DNA of 63,850 nt, counting the filler, from Streblomastix strix (taxonomy: Eukaryota): NCBI GenBank assembly GCA_008636045.1. It is 4 parts of 4 records of this genome, joined end to end, with 100 filler letters (N's around TTAATTAATTAA, not from the genome) between each part and the next. Parts side by side here need not be neighbours in the genome. Positions count along the whole stretch, not along the records: positions 1 to 15,895 come from SNRW01000912.1; positions 15,996 to 31,884 come from SNRW01000913.1; 2 more parts are not named here. One strand, given 5' to 3'. Positions 1 to 25,939 of the stretch are shown one piece after another. The notes under the pieces are model-generated. The model did no database searches. It was not told the DNA's origin and saw nothing but the letters and a program-made list of their open reading frames with translations. Within the stretch, counting starts at the first letter, position 1. Every line of letters begins with the position of its first letter. Position numbers and translations under genes: made by a program.

Positions 1-13464
<13,464 letters not shown>

Positions 13465-14109
13465 TCTTTTAGAAAGATTTGAGTCTGAAAAAAAAGCAAA
13501 GAGTAAAAGCAAAGATAATGTTAAAAAGCATAATTAACAAGCGTTTATGATTAAATATTGATATTAGCTACTTTGATGTAGAAAAATAGTATGATTAAAA
13601 TAGGAGTTGCCAAGTTAGCTAATTTTCCTTGATTTTTCACAAAATTAATTTTCACACCAATTTTTGAAGAGTATATGATATAAATATCTATTTGTGAATA
13701 ATTATTGTTAATAATTTGACTTGATATATAATAAAAGCTAAGATAAACTAGAAATAAAGACTTGGCATTCTCAAAAAATGAAATTTTTCTTGTTTGCGCC
13801 TCCGAAGTGGTAATATGACTGGAATTATTGTGAAAATAACAGATGATATATAAGAGAGTATAATTAAATGTCGTTCTCTAATCAGTATAAGCTCTGCACT
13901 CTTAAAAACCAATCTTAAAAAAGAATAGAAAATTTTTGCTTCGTTATTAATAATAAATTTCATATATTTTTAATTTAAACAAATCATAAATTATTGGTCA
14001 GCGTAATAAGCTCTATAAAATGCTCCAAATGCCTTGAAGTGAAGGTCGAGTTGGTCGTAATGAATTTTCATTCGCATTCATCCACGAATCACCAACAATA
14101 ATATTCTAA

Positions 14110-15470
14110 TCACTTAACTTAAAAATAATTTTATCTTATTTATTCATTCCCTTCTTTTTCTCCTATTTCTTCCTTCTTCTCTCGTCTCTCTTTAATCTTG
14201 TTATCTCCTTCTTCTTCTTTAATACTCTCTCCAATAACTGATACCAATTCATTCTCTATTCCCCATTATCTCCAATCACATGAATAGTCCTATTAACAAG
14301 TAAGGCTTCTGGTGCTCCTCCAAATACAATATAGAAGACACATGTGAAGCATATAATTATCAATACTTATTTAGCTATATTCCAGAAATAAATTGTAAGT
14401 ATGATGGAGATGAATATAATCAGTGTAATGAGAAATAGACTCACAATCTGACCAATACGAATACCTAATAATGGGGATATAACATTACTAATTTATTCTG
14501 AGTGGTGTTTGATGTGAAATGGTTATTATTATTAATGATGCTACGTTGATGTATCATAAATAGGTACCGTTTCGTAATTTTATAGATTAATTTACTCTTA
14601 CTAAATAATATTCAATTGATTATTATATGGAGAAGTAATCATTTATTATTAATTAATTCCTTTATTATAATATTCATTCTCTTGACTACGTCTAATTGCC
14701 AATTATTGCACAGATGTAATTGGAGATTATTATATTGGCGAATTTCCAAATTAATTTATTTCTTATTAGTTTTATATTATATCATTCAGATAGAAATTAA
14801 CAGGAGGTGAAATGATGTGTTATCTTCTTCCAGGTGAACGAGCAGGTGTTCTTTACTTGGGGAAATTTGGAGAATAAAAAATATCTGCAATATTTGGTTG
14901 TTGGATAATTGCTTATTCTCTCTCTAATAATGAATCTTATATTTCATCTTATTCATATAAACCTGGTTAATAAATAGGTGAGTTTGAGATCTGATATTAA
15001 TGAAGGTGAAGTGACCTCTATTTGATTGATTCAGATAAAGGAGGAGATGTGGGGGATTCTGTGAAGTGATAGTCATTAAGTTGGTTTTATTGAGTATTGG
15101 ATGATTGGCGAAGTGATGATTGTTGTATTTATTCATTGAATTATTAATTATATGAATTATTATGATATTATTCTTATTGCATGACAAAGTGAGGTTCAAT
15201 ATTCTCTGCAAGAAATACATGCTAATCTTCTTCTTTGATTATTTGATCTGGTTTTTTTTTTATTATTTTGTGACCTTTTTATTTTTTTTCTAAATTTCTT
15301 TTTTTCTCAACATGTTTCTATGGCTTTTTCTGTTCTTAAAATTATTGATCTTGTTATTAAAGCAACTAGGTCAGTGTAAATGGTTATTATTCATTCTTAT
15401 TCTTTCTTTCTTTGCTATTGTGATGGTCTTTTGCAGGTTTTCTTTATGTTGTATGCTTCATTAAAGTCCC
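14110..15470 (-). CDS. Gln/Ser-rich hypothetical protein, possibly disrupted
   Basis: Long TAR=Gln readable stretches (e.g. DQIIKEEDQHVFLAENIEPHFVMQQEQ...) ending at a TGA near 14110. A TTTTCAG acceptor lies near 15470. No recognisable domain, and frame continuity was not fully checked. Confidence 0.35.
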
Positions 15471-15895
15471 TGAAAAGAAAAAAGTGTTTATAATTATATC
15501 ATAATGTTTATTACATTAAAATAATGAAAATAAGTTCATTCATTGTTTGTAAAATTTCATATGCCGTGTATTGGAAGCCTTTTAAGTCACAAAAAAATAT
15601 TTTCAGTTTTTTGTTTTTTTATAAGAGATGAAGAATGATAATGTAAGTGGAATTATCAAGAATTATATGAGTTATTTTACGTGAATAAATATTCTTTGAT
15701 TAAAAAATTGATACTATGGCAAAAAGCAAGAAAGAAAAAATGAAGAATTTGTTTAGGTATTACACAACAAGATATTTATTATTGATACATTTATTTAAAA
15801 GTGTATATAATTTTAATTCATTTCTTCTTCTTCTTTCGTCTAATTGTCTTTATAAGCAATTTATTTTAACTCGGCTTATAAAAAAAGTTTGGCTC

Positions 15896-15995
15896 NNNNN
15901 NNNNNNNNNNNNNNNNNNNNNNNNNNNNNNNNNNNNNNNTTAATTAATTAANNNNNNNNNNNNNNNNNNNNNNNNNNNNNNNNNNNNNNNNNNNN
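15896..15995. other. Artificial contig spacer (44N-TTAATTAATTAA-44N)
   Basis: Identical 100-bp spacer occurs three times. The flanking contigs have decreasing lengths of 15895, 15889, 15885 and 15881 bp. Confidence 0.97.
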
Positions 15996-16340
15996 TTCTC
16001 TAGTGTTGAACCCCATCCACTAGGTGCTGCATTTTTTGTCATTGTCATTTGTGGGGATATTTATATTTGTTGTGCAGGCATTTTTGTTCTGAATATAATT
16101 ATTCACCAGTTCAAGTCTGAAATTGTTGATTTAATCAATACCATTAATGTGTTTCAGCCTCTCTATCTTATTATTTCCACCATATGATGATCCATAATGT
16201 AAAAGAAGAGTGATAATTATTAGAATTAATTTATTTAACATATATTTTTCCCAATAAATTTAAATATTTGCTTTACAATTGTACCAATTTCTCTTATTAT
16301 CCACATTCTCATGTAGGATAAATCACCTCAAAATTATAAT
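15996..16340 (-). pseudogene. Degenerate DIRS-type retrotransposon RT-connection/RNase H fragment
   Basis: Translates as IVKQIFKFIGK...QQLSLFFYIMDH...ISDLNW*I...PAQQIQISPQMTMTKNAAPSGWGSTLE, matching the DIRS RNase H TDAxxxGWG motif with the catalytic Asp lost. Confidence 0.75.
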
Positions 16341-17714
16341 CTGATTTAATTATTATGAAATTAATAATCAATTTATTCTATTCAAATGAAATATTCGGAA
16401 AAAAATACTCCTTTGCTCACTTAATAATCTAGTAATTAATTATAGTAAATTATTTAAGAAGATTTTTTATTTATGAACAATTTACTAGATAAAAATCAAA
16501 AAAAAATACACCATTTCATTATCTATGCCTTCCATACGATATTTAACTAAGTTTTTCGCATTTATATAAAAACAATGTCTTTGTTCGAGAAATTTCTTTT
16601 GAATTTATTTTTTCTTTTTGCACATATCATCTACAACATTTTTTAAACTTACTGAATACTATTCATCTTATATTCTTTTGTTAGAGAGCAAAAAAAATTT
16701 TAAAAGAAAAAAATTCCTTTTGCATTTAAATTTTTCTGGAAGTAGTATTGGCTATTTTGTTGACAAAATATCAAACAGTCATATTTTAATAGTTTTTAAT
16801 TATTCAAAAGTAATAAATAATATACAAATATTTATATTAAATAAATTTATTTAATTAAATTTAAAAAAATAAATTTTAAAAATAAAAATATTAATTTCAT
16901 TAAAGAAAAATAAAAATTTTTTTATCCCTAATAAAATTATTATAAAAATTTTAATAAAATTAATTGTGAGATTAAATTAGTTGCAATTGAATATATGACT
17001 ATGATTTTTATTATTACAAGATACATTTTTGACACTCATTTGGTTTAAAAAAAAGTAGAATATAGAATTTGCGAAATTATTATAAATTGTATCAGGAAAA
17101 GAAGTTGAGTTTACCAATCACAGTTATATATTTCTTATCATGAAAATAGTTGCTTTCTAATTCAATTTTATTGTTGAATATGATATACTTATGATATTTT
17201 AAAAGTATTTCATTCTGTTTGCTAATAATTAATAATTTAATTCTCTTCATCAACAATTACCACTACTATAAACTGGATTAGTATTCTTGGGAGGATGCCA
17301 AAATATAATCGATCCAGCACTTATTCGAAACCATTATTGATAAAATTTTATTTATTTCTTCCTCTTATCATCTTAAATTCTAATATACAGCCAAATCTTA
17401 AATAAAGAACTACAATATAAATCTAAATCTTTCAAATGATTATGGAACACTTTGCAATATTATAATTCTGCTATTGACATTTTAATTTCATTAATACAGG
17501 GTCCATTTAGAGTTGATTATGATTATTCAGTTGATGATTATAACTTAGATAATCATAATTCTGATTATTTGGATGATGGTGAACAAAATATATTACTTTA
17601 AATCAAAACAGTAAGATGAAAGTGATAGTTGCGTAATTTGGTTTTGATATAATATTATTCAATAGATTTTAATAATTCTAGCTAATCTTTTGGAAGATTT
17701 TCTATTGGAAGTTA

Positions 17715-18102
17715 TTGAGAAAATGCGCCTATATTTTTCTGAAGGTTTTAAAACTAGGAAAACTGGACTGTACAGTTCTGCTACATCTGATTCTATAACG
17801 ATCCTTTAGTGAATGTCCTCTTCTAGAATTGAATTGAATGCTTTCAGTTCTTCTGCGGACTATAGGAATACTATCTCCTTTGGTGGTTATGTCATTGGAG
17901 GTCCCATGCAATTCCAATTAGCTTATAAACCTTCTTTAATAAGATTTTGTCCATTGATTTTACTCCAATTTACTATTGCCTGCTAGAGAGCACCTCCAAT
18001 TTGTACAAACAAACGGTGCTATATTTGCAACTGCTCTTTTTATTGTATCAGGTTTAAAATAGAGTTAATTGATATGCCCTTTGGGATACTCAGAGGATCC
18101 AT
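17715..18102 (-). pseudogene. N-terminus of a DIRS-type reverse transcriptase (ORF2), truncated
   Basis: MDPLSIPK...VQIGGALQQAIVNWSKINGQNLIKEGLQANW...ELYSPVFLVLKPSEKYRRI matches the DIRS pol start (VGGRL..F...W) and RT domain 1 (YSPxFLVPK...RxI). Similarity ends before YxDD. Confidence 0.8.
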
Positions 18103-18121
18103 AAAACTAGTAGCTGATTCG

Positions 18122-19138
18122 TCAAAAGCGTCGGTGTCTTGAAGATGAACCTCTACTAGAGCTATGAAAATCTTTCTTGAAGAAGCTTTTCTTCTTTTCA
18201 TCTCTGTCGGAATCATCGTCCTTCTTTTCTTTCTTAACCTTTTTGGATTAATCTTTGGGAAGATCTGTCTGTCTACTTGGCTTTTCAACTCTTTTGGCCG
18301 CAAAAGGTTTGAGATTCATAGGATACACTGTTTTTAACATGGATCCTGCATCAAAGGAGGCTTCGGTTAAGTATATAGTACCTTCAGCATCAACTTTGAA
18401 TCCGTACAGATTTGCATGTCTCGCAATTCCAATTCCAGCGGTTACTTCAGCTTGAGTAGCGACACACGCTTCCATACATTCAGCATCCAGTTTTCCGTCA
18501 ATAACCTATTGAGAGGCAGCTGGACCTAGTGCTAAAGCTATTTTTGCTTTTATCTACGCATTAATAAGAGCAGTTTCCACCTATTTAATATTTTCGGGTA
18601 TTTATAAATCTTCTCTACGTTTTGAAGGATCTATTGGTATAATTATTGCTGCGTCCATAGCTAATAATTTCCGTTCTTCTAAATTTATCTCCCAAGTGAA
18701 GTCTTGATGAAGCATTGTAGCTTTAGTAATTGCATCTGTTGTAAACTTCAATGCAGTCATGTCCTCATCCCCTGATGAGGTCTCGTTTGTTTGTGATAAA
18801 GAATCTGCGAGGGCTTACCTTGCAATCTCCATTCTGTCTTCCTCATCGCCTCGTTCAGTTTTGGACAACTGTTCAACGAACTTATTGGCCATAAGATCTA
18901 GTATTTTCCTTTTAGCATCCTCCGCAGTGGCCTGGAGCTGATTCTGATCGTAATCGCCGTTTATGGACCTGTGGATTGAGGCAATATGGTCAGCATTCTA
19001 ATCTTAAGGAACTGCAGCGTTGATGGTGTGACTAATGTATGCTGCCTATGCAAAGAAGCTTGGCCCGTCTAAATCTTTCAGCATTAAAAAAGCGAATGAT
19101 CTGGCCCATAGTGTATTAAATAAAGCGTAATAACCCAT
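18122..19138 (-). CDS. DIRS gag-like ORF1 (~340 aa)
   Basis: Intronless, relatively GC-rich open frame under TAR=Gln from ATG 19138 to TGA 18122, directly upstream of the RT start. The RT frame is open back to ~18303, so the two frames overlap, as is typical of DIRS. Confidence 0.65.
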
Positions 19139-19757
19139 GATTGAATCATGTGAGATATACCATCTAATCAGAAGCAGATAAAAAAAATTTATAGAAACTT
19201 TATCAGATTTTTCTTCTAATTTTTTTGAAATTATGTCCGAAATTTCACTTCATTCCGAAATTTAAATTAATTTTCTAAATAAATTCAAGTAACCTTGGAT
19301 AAATTACTGTTGAAGAAAATGATGAGTCTATATTAGTTAATGCAAACGACTTTTGAATAGCATCTAATGTTGCCTTTATAGTATTACTCTTTTCTCAGAT
19401 CTTATCAGTTTTTATCTCAACATATTTTCTTTGAGCGTCTTGATCAATCTAATAGAGAATTAGAGTAAGACCTTCAGAAAATATAATTGCGAGCATATTT
19501 TCTTCTAATAAGATTGATTCTGCTTCCTTATCGATTCTAGATGAATATAATTCAACCATAAATAAGATTCTTTCAATCTTTGTATAGTATTCAAATAAAA
19601 AATTAATTTAGATTAATTAATATAGTGCAATATTGTAACACATGAAATCAACATAATATACAAGTCTAATCCATTTAACAAGCATTCTACAGAACATTCT
19701 GAAGAGTATATTTGTTGCAAATCCTGTTCTATTTTCAAGGTTTTCAAATCATTCTCC

Positions 19758-20024
19758 AGTATTTATGTGAAAAAGGAGAGTGCCCCAAATTGAAAAATAA
19801 AAATAAATAATGTAAAATAAATATTAAAAAAAAAATTAAAAATAATTACTGTAAAACAATATAAAGTTTATAAATAATGCACGAGAAAATAACCATTTGA
19901 ACAAGATTATTGAAAGAACATTAATGATAGTGATGAATGAATGTGGATATTATAGTAGGTTAGTGATGTACGTTATTGTGTGCTATTCTTGAATGTATAA
20001 CACTCTCCTTTTCACATAACTACA
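19758..20024. mobile_element. ~270-bp element with ~24-bp terminal inverted repeats (AGTAGTTATG-type), copy 1
   Basis: Left end AGTATTTATGTGAAAAAGGAGAGTG at 19758. Right end CACTCTCCTTTTCACATAACTAC at 20001-20023. The same termini occur at 62995-63264 and 63704. Confidence 0.7.
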
Positions 20025-20226
20025 AATGAGTGCAAATAGAAGAGATAATATATAAAACTTTTGGATCTTAAGAATTTTCATATAAAAATCACAATATTCG
20101 TCCCAGTCAAATGACTATGAGCATCAACGCATATTATTTATTATAGCTAATGTATATGACTAATGTATAATATTAATGTTATTACTTTTTTATTTCATGA
20201 GCGAATCTAATTGTTGGTTATATATT

Positions 20227-20691
20227 TCAGTAAAAATAATATAACCATTCACCCTAACACATTTCTTTTTAGAACTTACTCAAATCTTTTAAGTATTTTT
20301 TACGTAATTTGTATTACTCTTCACTAACTTTTTACATTTCATCAATATAAATTATCAGTTCTTCTTCCACACAAATATTTTTAATTTTTTCTTATAAATA
20401 TATTAGTTAATCAAATGGTAAAGGTAACGAGTGTTTTATTATCTACATTTTATGGAAATTATCAGAAGAAATATTACCGATTAGTTCTACCTTACCTTAT
20501 TCATCTATGTAAACAACATTCCAACTAATAAGTTTTATTTCAATGAAATTAAAAATAGCATTTGATAACAATTTTTATTCAATTATATAATTATCTAAAT
20601 CATTTTAGAAATCATACTGTACCAATCTCGCATTTTCTAGTGTTATCCCTTCATTAAATTTAGGATCTTTCCTTGCTCTTATTTTTGCCAT
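20227..20691 (-). CDS. Viral hypothetical protein, paralogue of 23372-23659
   Basis: Frame is open from ATG 20691 to TGA 20227. The part from ~20529 (SWNVVYIDEQGKVELIGNI...YIDEMQKVSEEQYKL) resembles the 23372-23659 product. Confidence 0.5.
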
Positions 20692-20699
20692 ACTATTTT

Positions 20700-21762
20700 C
20701 ATACAATTACTATTCTTTCGCTCTTTATCATCTCTTTTCTATTTTGCACTTTTAATATCTAATTCACTAGGAATGCTAAATATTGGATCACCTTCATCAT
20801 CTTTAGTATCACGAAGTTCGACTAAGTCACCATTCCAAAACCCAGTATAACCTACAAATATTAATCTTATCATCTTATTATCTCTTTATTAACTTTAACC
20901 AACTATGAAATATTGATTAAATGCTTATTTTATTGCTATACTTAATTTCATATATATTGATTATGTTGTTTTATCATCATTAATAAATGATTGTTATTTA
21001 TATGATTCATCATAATTTTACAATAACCATGGAGCAGTAACACCTTTCTATATTCTTCTTCCAATAACTGAATATACTTAAGCTACTGTACAGCCACTCT
21101 CTTTCAAGAATGGAGATAGATAATTCTTAATGAAATGTCTATAACCATCTGCTGGTTTATCTTCTTTTTCCATTATTCATAATGCTTCACTTAACATTCT
21201 TCTTTAATTAAATTTTGAGTGAAATATTTAGTTATTTTTTGACGCTTAATTGGAACTGTAATTCTAAGTCCATCAGATGACTGAATAAACCCTTTATCAT
21301 CACGAACAATAAACTCTGGAAATTTGTCATCATTAATATCTTCTTCTACTCCTGCCCATTACGTATATATTTTATCCGTTATGTCTTTTTATGTTTCCTC
21401 CTTTCTTCAAATTATAGCTAATTTGACCACATTTTCTTGAATTGATTATCTTTATTTTTACCATCAAATCCATTAATGGAGCATATATTTATTGTCTAGA
21501 TTGTGCTAATATCATATTTCGGTTATCATATGCCAATTCATTATATTTTTAATAATCTTTATTATCTATCAGCTTCTAAAAATCTTCCGCTCTTTATGTT
21601 AGTTTTATGTTATATGTTTCATATGCAAGTACTAATCCTTTATATGTATAAAAATCTGTTTCTGACTATTTTTGTCTAGTGCGAGAAGGATATCATAATC
21701 TTTGTGGTATAGATGGTGCTAAAGATGAACTTTTTTTGACTTTATAAAATTTGTACACTCAT
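20700..21762 (-). pseudogene. Viral hypothetical protein, frameshifted
   Basis: ATG at 21762 follows a T-tract. Readable segments include WAGVEEDINDDKFPEFIVRDDKGFIQSSDGLRI and DGYRHFIKNYLSPFLKESG. Several frameshifts. Confidence 0.45.
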
Positions 21763-21824
21763 TTAGTTTAAGCAAAAAAATAGATATCAACTACAAATCA
21801 ATCATTTGAGTCAATTGATAATAA

Positions 21825-22609
21825 ATGTCAAATCATTCATTAACTCAATATGTTAACGAACTATTTGAGAGTTAAGTCACTAATAAACATGAGGAATAAA
21901 GTTAAGTCCACAAAGAAATTAACTTTACGTATAATTCTATTTACTTACTTATATGCTAGGGAGGAAGTGACAAATCAAATAATGTATTCATAGAATTAAT
22001 CAAATTGAGCTAAGTTAAGAGTTGTTATTCAATATTTATATATGTTACTGATTGCAATAATGATTAAACATATAAGAAAATGATTAGTTTAATCAATATT
22101 CCAACAAAGATTGATAATTATAGCGAAATTGTTTCTGTACTTAATGATTTAATTGAAGTTAAAGCAGCTTATGACCCAGTTATTGATAAACAGCTAACAA
22201 CCTTGCTTACATAAGATTCAAAATAGAATATTATTTCTACTATTGGTGCATAGAATTTTAAAATGAAACATCTTCATATTATAGTTCTATTTGATGATGC
22301 AATGTCAGTGTTCAAAAATAACAATTACCATTATTCAAAAAATTATTCAAGATTAGATAGCCAAAAATCATTTATTTTCTATATTTATAAGATATAATTG
22401 GTCCTGATGCAAGTATTAAAGCTAATGTAGATATAATATACTTTTTCGATGGATTCCATAGATAGAAATTTAACTTATTTGATTATTAACATTCTATACT
22501 ATTTGATAAAGATAAAGTATAGGAATAATATGTATAATTAACAATGAGATAAGCTTTAATTGCATAATACAGTAATGATTTAACAAAAATAAAGATACTA
22601 AAGTTATGA
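21825..22609 (+). pseudogene. A32/FtsK-HerA-like genome-packaging ATPase (degenerate)
   Basis: Degenerate Walker A IYLLICQGGSDKS, Walker B IIVLFDDAMS, Arg-finger region FKIRQ and sensor YLQD...IKANVD. Frameshifts are present. Confidence 0.8.
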
Positions 22610-22613
22610 AATT

Positions 22614-22954
22614 TCATCAATTGAAATAGCTTCCTTATCAATTAATGCACTAATTTATTTTTCCAATTAATTATTTTCAATTTTATCATTATTTTCTTCA
22701 TGACATTTTCTCAAAGAAATCACTCCTTAGAGTTTTGTAGTACTTTACCTTTTGACTTTAAATGTCTTAATTAATTTTATATATTGTAATTTAGTCCATT
22801 AATTCCTTATTTAATACAAGATACTACTTGAAATCATCAATTGTATCAAATATTACTAACTTTGATGAATATTTCTCTAATATTTTAATTATATTAGATT
22901 ATTATTCAATTTATTAACTATCTTTTATTTGTTGTCAAATATTACTTGATTCAT
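22614..22954 (-). pseudogene. Small viral hypothetical protein, frameshifted
   Basis: ATG at 22954 after a T-tract. It fills the gap between the ATPase and the next gene. No motif recognised. Confidence 0.3.
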
Positions 22955-22970
22955 TTTAATTGATAAAAAA

Positions 22971-23352
22971 TCATAATGTTTAATCCAATTATTTAATAGA
23001 TTTCAAGTACAAGTGATATATATAATTCAATTTATTCACCATCAATATTCTTAAACCAAAATTATACGTTTTTATCATGATTTAATTAGCGAAAGTATTT
23101 CTCGGAGCACTGTTCATCAAATCTACCCTCATACTAATCATTATCTTAATCTTCTTATACAAATGATGCATGTAAATAAAGATCTAACCCAATTAATTGC
23201 TTATTTGTTCTACATTATACAAATATTATCTCTCTATTATTTTTCGATGTAACAAATTCTACAGGTAATTGAAATTGATTAATCCCTTCATCTGTTTGTA
23301 CGGTTGAATTTTAAGTTAATATCATTCGTTTTCTGTTGGGTTATGAGATCAT
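22971..23352 (-). CDS. Small beta-rich viral protein, possible minor capsid/penton-like
   Basis: MISQPNRKRMILT...FQLPVEFVTSKNNREIIFVQCR...DLYLHASFVQED...VQFWFKNIDGEQIELYISLVLEI has an alternating beta-strand pattern and sits near the capsid gene. The 3' end is uncertain. Confidence 0.45.
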
Positions 23353-23371
23353 TTTATATTGCAAAAAAAAT

Positions 23372-23659
23372 TCATAAATCATTCTCAATCTCATATTATA
23401 GATATCTATCTTCTTCCGCTTCCTAAGCTACTCTTGCATTATGTATCTTACATTAATCATTACTTAGTTATTTCATTTATTTAATATACCTAACTTTGTC
23501 GTTAACCATTATAATTTTAGATTTGTAATCATCGATTTGATCTTCTGTTAGGAATAATTAACAACTATCGATATATACCATTTCATAATTACCATCTGGA
23601 ATATTACCTGTGAATGAAACCTCACCCTCACTATTTATATGTACTATTTTGTAATCCAT
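23372..23659 (-). pseudogene. Viral hypothetical protein (~95 aa, one frameshift)
   Basis: MDYKIVHINSEGEVSFTGNIPDG...YIKQMKQLSNDQCKIHN...ENDL*. Confidence 0.55.
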
Positions 23660-23696
23660 TTTGATTAAATAAAAATAATAATCATTAATTAATTTT

Positions 23697-25417
23697 TCAT
23701 CCTTCAATCTAAGCTACTACTTCACCAAATGTGTTATTAACATCCTATACACATGATCCTCCATAAGCATGTCCAAACAAACAGAATATATCATGAATTT
23801 GGCATAGAATTGGTGAAGGTGGTCCTTAACCCATTAAATCAATATTACAATAACAATATGTTTAACTTTGATAAATTTGTGCTCCTCGCAATTCCAATTA
23901 CAGATTTTAATTATTTGTATCATGTCTATCGAATATCAATGCTCCGTTACTATTCCTTCCACAATAAAGTATAATCATGAATGAAATCAGACCAGTATGA
24001 GGATTCGATCTCCTTGAAGCAGTGTTTCTTGATGTTGTAAAAGCATCTTCGAATTCATCAGTTGCTTCGAATAGCAGATCTAAATTATTTGCATTCAATT
24101 ACATTTAGAAGAATTACTAGTCTTGTGTGTTCATTGGCATTTCAGGGAAATTTCTTCCAAAAGTTGTAACTTATATATATTGATAGCATGGATTCTCATA
24201 ATAAGATGTTGCTCTAGTATCTTTATGAAATAATAAGCATAAATCAATAACGTTTGACAATGGTATATTTTACAAAGTTCTAATTTCTGTTGTTGTAGCA
24301 CCTGTTGGAAATGACCAAGTTTCAACTTTCTATGCAGTTACAACAAATTCTCTATTAGCAAAGAATTCACGAACTCTTTAAGAACAGTCATCAGTTGCTT
24401 TATAAACACTCATATTTGCAGTTATTTCAATTATGACATAACTCTTTATAGTTAATGTTACTTGTGCAATATTACATTTCAAATTCTTCAATCTACTCTC
24501 TGTTATTTATTCTATATTTATTTTTGCAATTAGATCTGCAGTACATCCCATTTGAAAAAAACTATTTCGTAAATTGATATTCCAAGCCCCAATTTCTAAA
24601 ATGTAGATCAACGTTCTTCAATTTATCAGGTTCACTAGCTATAATATCAGTCTTATTCATAATGTAGTATTTAGCCATAGAAATTATTCGAATCACTTAG
24701 GCAAATACAAACGCATTTGAATTAATTTTAAATTATATTTTAAGATCGCAGAATAAAAAATTAGGATAGTCAGTAAAACTACTAATTTAAAAGACATCAT
24801 CCAATGGAATAGATATTCTAAATCTTTTTGATATAATTTATGGAATAGAAACTTAATCTCTATTTGAGTCTTCTATTTCTCTCATTGCTACATAAGTACC
24901 ACAAGATGATGTATCAAATTTATGGATATTTTCATATAGTGAATGAATGTATTTTCTACTATTTTTCTCACTTCGTGGTTTAACAGTGCTATAGATAAAT
25001 TATTCAATAGTTGAACCATTCTACAATGTTCCTTCAATAGTTCTCCCTCTGTGATAAATAATATATCCTCTTATAATTTGACTTTCTGATTTTAATCCAA
25101 TGAAAAATACAGTTCCATCTTTATACAACTCTTCAAATCCTTTAAATTTATTATAAAATTGTACTTTAGATATTAAAACTATTGAAATGAATTAATTCTA
25201 AATTTATATTACATCATAATCTGAATCAGATAAACTAATTAAAATTTCTTTATCAAATTGTGCAGGCAACTACGATTCTGGTCTAATTTCTTTGATTGAA
25301 TAATGATGTTCTCCATCATTTCTAAATGCATCAACGGAATTACTTTTTAATGTTGTTTCAATAGATCCAAGTTATTGCAAAAGCATTAACTTATTGAGAA
25401 ATTGGTTCAAGATTTAT
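23697..25417 (-). pseudogene. Probable major capsid protein (double jelly-roll, metamonad Maverick/PLV type), degenerate
   Basis: About 570 codons: NLEPISQQVNAF...HYSIKEIRPESQLP...SLSDSDYDV...FFIGLKSESQII...FEATDEFEDAFTT...RNSNGALIFD...ELRGAQIYQ...PPSPILCQIHDIF...AQIEG*. Size, context and recalled similarity to Trichomonas/oxymonad Maverick capsid proteins support the call. Not verified by a search. Confidence 0.7.
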
Positions 25418-25477
25418 TTGGTGCAAAAATAAATGAATAATAATATGCTGTAAGTTAAACATTGAAATAAATTATTT

Positions 25478-25903
25478 TCAAAATTCATCTTCACTAACTT
25501 CATGAATACTGTATGGATTAGTTGTATTATATTATGTTCCGTTTACAATTTAATTACTTGGAAATGTAAGATGAGTTCACATAATTCTATTTATATTTCT
25601 TGAAAAATTCTGGTTAAGTCTTATGTATCTATTATTTTCAATTGACTGTCTCGCTCTAGGTTCATTAATGAAATTCTCTACATCATTTCTAAGATTTACT
25701 ATGTTCGCTATTCTGTCTTAAGCACTATTTGCATATATCACTTATAAACCACTTGACGCAGCTTATAAACCTTTACTTATTATAGGTGGTGCTAGTGTAT
25801 GAATAAATGGATTAATATTTTTGTATATATGATAATTTGCCCAATTTGCTCCTTCATCAATTTTTTGTGCTATCTATTTGATTTTAAGAAATATACCAGC
25901 CAT
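25478..25903 (-). pseudogene. Viral protein with N-terminal amphipathic helix (candidate core/membrane-lytic protein)
   Basis: MAGIFLKIKQIAQKIDEGANWANYHIYKNINPFIHTLAPPIISKGLQAASSGL; lies immediately upstream of the capsid gene. Confidence 0.5.
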
Positions 25904-25913
25904 TTCATTTACG

Positions 25914-25935
25914 AAAAATAATCAACTTCGCTTTA
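25914..25935 (-). promoter_or_regulatory. Conserved viral upstream motif TAAAGCGAAGTTGwTTATTTTT, copy 1
   Basis: 21/22 identical to 27643-27664. Both copies end 10 nt before an ATG. Confidence 0.6.
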
Positions 25936-25939
25936 CCTT

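Noticed and set aside
13601..13772. Short imperfect inverted repeat GAGTTGCCAAGT / ACTTGGCATTCTC, possible old MITE
   Set aside because: Only about 12 bp, imperfect and without a TSD.
17240..17700. Possible DIRS tyrosine recombinase remnant downstream of the RT fragment
   Set aside because: Partly open on the - strand, but no R-H-R-H/W-Y motif could be identified.
19300..19750. Eroded coding-like stretch on the - strand
   Set aside because: No recognisable motif, start or end.
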